DNA of 41,010 nucleotides from a virus (Duplodnaviria; Heunggongvirae; Uroviricota; Caudoviricetes): IMG/VR virus record IMGVR_UViG_2529292921_000022; one strand, 5' to 3'. Shown piece by piece: positions 38,473 to 41,010 of this stretch (position 1 is its first letter; each line of letters starts with the position of its first letter). The notes under the pieces were generated by a model. It saw only the letters and a program-made list of their open reading frames with translations, ran no database searches and was not told where the DNA came from. The position numbers and the translations under genes were made by a program.

Positions 38473-38667
38473 ATGTGGTATGAAAAAGTCAAACCATGTC
38501 CGTTTTGTGGTTGTCCATCAGTAACGGTGAAAGCCATTTCAGGATATTACCGCGCAAAGTGTAACGGATGCGAATCCCGAACCGGCTATAGTGGAAGTGA
38601 AAAAGAAGCACTCGAAAGATGGAATAAACGAATTACTGGAAATAATAATGGAGGTGTTCATGTATAA
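38473..38667 (+). CDS. ralR: RalR-like restriction-alleviation protein / type I toxin
   Basis: 64 aa from the second ATG (MWYEKVKPCPFCGCPSVTVK...CNGCESRTGY), zinc-ribbon-like; Rac synteny. Confidence 0.5.
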   Translation: MWYEKVKPCPFCGCPSVTVKAISGYYRAKCNGCESRTGYSGSEKEALERWNKRITGNNNGGVHV

Positions 38668-38848
38668 AATTACTGCCACTATTGAAAAGGAAGGTGGCAC
38701 TCCTACTAACTGGACAAGATATTCAAAATCTAAATTAACGAAATCAGAATGCGAAAAAATGCTCTCAGAAAAAAAAGAAGCAGGCGTTTCCAGAGAGCAG
38801 AAAGTAAAGCTGATAAATTTTAATTGCGAGAAACTTCTGTCCTCGTGA
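38660..38848 (+). CDS. Small hypothetical protein (YdaC-like position)
   Basis: 62 aa from ATG 38660 with SD 'ggaggtg'; overlaps the ralR-like stop. Confidence 0.35.
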   Translation: MYKITATIEKEGGTPTNWTRYSKSKLTKSECEKMLSEKKEAGVSREQKVKLINFNCEKLLSS

Positions 38849-38948
38849 GTTGCATTATATACAAATTAGAACTTCATAGCTGATTATTAAAAATCAACCA
38901 CATCCGCCAGTATTCTGTATATTTACTGGCGGTCATATCGTAAGAGGT

Positions 38949-39236
38949 ATGGCAATGAATCTTGTGACACTCAAAACGTGGGGGAAACTCAAATATCCGG
39001 ATAACCCACCATCAATATCAACGCTGAGACGATGGGCAAGGAATGGAAACATTTATCCTGCACCTGAACTACACGGGAGGAGTTACAGGGTGGTTCCGGA
39101 GGCTTTCTATATCAACCCAAATAAGGTTGATACCGATATAACACACCATCAGCCTAATGGGCGACAAGGGAGAGACAGTCCGTTACTGGAGAAGTTAAAA
39201 CATGCAGCGGAAAAAATACGATCCCAATTTGCCTAA
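38949..39236 (+). CDS. xis: Excisionase (Xis-like)
   Basis: Motif 'TLKTWGKLKYPDNPPSISTLRRWARNGNIYP' parallels lambda Xis as recalled; 3' end overlaps int. Confidence 0.55.
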   Translation: MAMNLVTLKTWGKLKYPDNPPSISTLRRWARNGNIYPAPELHGRSYRVVPEAFYINPNKVDTDITHHQPNGRQGRDSPLLEKLKHAAEKIRSQFA

Positions 39237-40278
39237 AAACTTAACATATCGAAGGAGGGACAAAGCATATTACTGGCGCAACCCTCTGACGAAAGAAGAA
39301 TTTACACTAGGTAAAATTTCAAGAAGAGATGCAGTAGCGCAGGCAATTGAAGCAAATCATTATATATACAAAAACTACTCTCCTGCTGCCTTAATTGAAA
39401 AGCTTAAAGGGTTCGACTCATTTACTATGGCAGACTGGATTGAACGTTACAAAACGATTCTTATAAGGAGAAAAGTGTCCAGAAACACTTATAAAATTCG
39501 GGCAAATCAACTGGAGACAATAAAAGAAAAATTGGGAGGGATTTTACTGACAGAAATAACCACTCGCCATATTGCCGAGTTTCTTGATTTGTGGATTGAA
39601 GGAGGGAAAAACACAATGGCAGGATCAATGCGTTCTGTGTTGTCTGATATGTTTCGTGAGGCCATTGTTGAAGGACGTATATCTCAAAATCCAGTAACGC
39701 CAACAAGAGCACCGAAAATAGTAGTTACAAGAGAACGACTGAAACTAAAGACATACAACTGCATCAGGGAGGCAGCAGATCAACTTCCGGCATGGTTCCC
39801 ATTAGCTATGGATTTAGCCCTTGTAACAGGACAACGTCGCGAAGACATAACGAATATGCGGTTCAGTGATATTTATGATGATCGTCTCCACATCAGGCAA
39901 ATTAAGACAGGAATGATGATTGCTATCCCCCTGTCACTCAGCCTTCCTGTCGCTGGTCTACGGCTTGGTACAGTAGTTGAACAGTGCCGCCTGGTAAGCC
40001 GGGGAGATTATCTAATCAGTGCCGGGATTAGAAAAAACAGCCCTGACGGCAGCATTCACCCGGATGGCCTGACAAAAAAATTTGTCGCAGCCAGAAAATT
40101 AACAGGTATCCAGTTCAGTGAAAACCCACCAACTTTTCACGAGATCAGAAGTCTGGCTGGACGATTGTACAAAGAAACATGTGGAGAAGAATTTGCTCAG
40201 CGTCTACTTGGCCACACATCGGAGAAGACAACAAAAATGTATCTTGATGAGAGAGAAAAAACGTACTTACTGCTCTGA
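39202..40278 (+). CDS. int: Tyrosine integrase, lambda Int family
   Basis: 358 aa; '[16 protein letters not shown]', '[15 protein letters not shown]', '[13 protein letters not shown]' align with lambda Int catalytic regions as recalled. Confidence 0.85.
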   Translation: MQRKKYDPNLPKNLTYRRRDKAYYWRNPLTKEEFTLGKISRRDAVAQAIEANHYIYKNYSPAALIEKLKGFDSFTMADWIERYKTILIRRKVSRNTYKIRANQLETIKEKLGGILLTEITTRHIAEFLDLWIEGGKNTMAGSMRSVLSDMFREAIVEGRISQNPVTPTRAPKIVVTRERLKLKTYNCIREAADQLPAWFPLAMDLALVTGQRREDITNMRFSDIYDDRLHIRQIKTGMMIAIPLSLSLPVAGLRLGTVVEQCRLVSRGDYLISAGIRKNSPDGSIHPDGLTKKFVAARKLTGIQFSENPPTFHEIRSLAGRLYKETCGEEFAQRLLGHTSEKTTKMYLDEREKTYLLL

Positions 40279-40409
40279 TTTTAACGTAAATGGATTGTTA
40301 AATGTATTTTGGTTGTGATATAACCAAAAAAGACCGGAATACAGAAATTCGAGTAAATTTCGGGGAATTTCGGGAAGACGTTTGCAACTGATTGATTTTA
40401 AATACAATT

Positions 40410-40511
40410 AAAAAAGACCGAATACGATTCCTGTATTCGGTCCAGGGAAATGGCTCTTGGGAGAGAGCCGTGCGCTAAAAGTTGGCATTAATGCAGGCTT
40501 AGTTGCCTTGC
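40410..40511 (-). ncRNA. sdsR: SdsR (RyeB) small RNA, putative
   Basis: Minus-strand transcript GCAAGGCAACUAAGCC...GACCGAAUACAGGAAUCGUAUUCGGUCUUUUUU with terminal 10-bp stem and U-run; matches my recollection of SdsR; sigma-S-like -10 CTATTCT upstream. Confidence 0.5.
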
Positions 40512-40597
40512 TCTTTAAGAATAGATGACGACGCCAGGTTTTCCAGTTTGCGTGCAAAATGGTCAATAAAAAGCGTGGGGGTCATCAGCTTAAATGT

Positions 40598-40638
40598 TAA
40601 AAACCGCCCGTTCTGGTGAAAGAACTGAGGCGGTTTTT
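40598..40638. terminator. Bidirectional rho-independent terminator
   Basis: GC stem ccgcc...ggcgg flanked by an A-run and a T-run; downstream of the yebY-like gene and candidate end of an antisense RyeA-like transcript. Confidence 0.5.
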
Positions 40639-40668
40639 TATTGGAAATCAAAAGGCTATTTTAGGTAA

Positions 40669-41010
40669 TTAACAGAGTTTTTCAGCTCGCTCTATAAACG
40701 GTGCCAGACTCATTTTTTCGCCGGGATTGTTAGGATCATCAATCTGAATCACCGAAATGAGTTGGGCTTTAGTCTTCCCACTGGCAACTTCCTTTTGTGC
40801 GATATCGTTTAAAGGATACTGCACGAGGGTACTTGGGTTGATGACATACAAAGCATTACCTGGTCGGCAAGTCAGCATCACCTCTTCGCGATTAAACGCC
40901 CATTTGTCTTTACCCACTTCAAAACGGCTGACGGTAATCACCTGCGGTGCCGCCAGCGCAGCTGCAGAACTGGTGAGTAACAGAAACGCCAGAATACTTT
41001 TTTTCATCAT
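40669..41010 (-). CDS. yebY: Host periplasmic protein, YebY-like
   Basis: 113 aa with signal peptide '[20 protein letters not shown]'; outside the prophage, next to the sdsR-like locus. Confidence 0.45.
   Translation of the reverse strand: MMKKSILAFLLLTSSAAALAAPQVITVSRFEVGKDKWAFNREEVMLTCRPGNALYVINPSTLVQYPLNDIAQKEVASGKTKAQLISVIQIDDPNNPGEKMSLAPFIERAEKLC

Larger units (their letters stand above)
1..40425. mobile_element. Lambdoid prophage, partial (left end beyond window); right junction near the sdsR 3' end
   Basis: Contiguous phage modules: tail, head, terminase, lysis, Q, nin-like, replication, immunity, recombination, xis-int; host-like sRNA and periplasmic protein gene only at far right. 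Confidence 0.8.

Noticed and set aside
40452-40469. Hairpin ggctct-tgggag-agagcc in the att-proximal region as a possible tRNA fragment
   Set aside because: No acceptor stem or T-arm (no GTTC-type motif or CCA end); it is better explained as an internal stem of the sdsR-like sRNA.
1-41010. CRISPR arrays, tRNA or rRNA genes
   Set aside because: No regularly spaced direct repeats with unique spacers and no cloverleaf-compatible segments or rRNA-like stretches seen; the repeats present are operator palindromes, terminator hairpins and att-associated short repeats.

Overview
The window is almost entirely one mosaic lambdoid prophage (Escherichia/Shigella-type sequence), with host DNA beginning only at the far right end. 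Reading right to left on the minus strand: a divergent immunity switch (Cro/YdaS-like and YdaT-like versus a plus-strand CI/RacR-like repressor, with 15-bp palindromic operators between them), replication genes (O/DnaT-like and DnaC-like), a translationally coupled nin-like operon of small proteins, an intact hok/mok/sok type I toxin-antitoxin locus, a Q-like antiterminator with a recognisable pR'-tR' late promoter/terminator pair, a lysis cassette (dual-start holin, lambda R-like endolysin, overlapped Rz/Rz1), then terminase, portal, head and a contractile myovirus-type tail with baseplate genes; the tail fibre gene runs off the left edge. On the plus strand, right of the repressor: a PL-like promoter, kilR/ydaE/racC-like small genes, a RecE-like exonuclease with a RecT/Red-beta-family annealing protein, a ralR-like toxin gene, xis and a lambda-like int. 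The int-proximal attachment region abuts what I read as the sdsR (ryeB) sRNA gene and a yebY-like host gene. I found no CRISPR array, tRNA or rRNA. Features not captured by the ORF track include the 51-codon hok gene, a probable -1 programmed frameshift in the tail assembly chaperone, promoter-gene-terminator moron cassettes, and the operator palindromes. The best candidates for an uncharacterised accessory system are the two-gene moron inside the baseplate module (secreted protein plus DUF4282-like membrane protein), the opposite-strand gene between the lysis cassette and terS, and the convergent gene pair between Q and the holin; none can be assigned a function from sequence alone. All family names are recalled from memory, not from searches.
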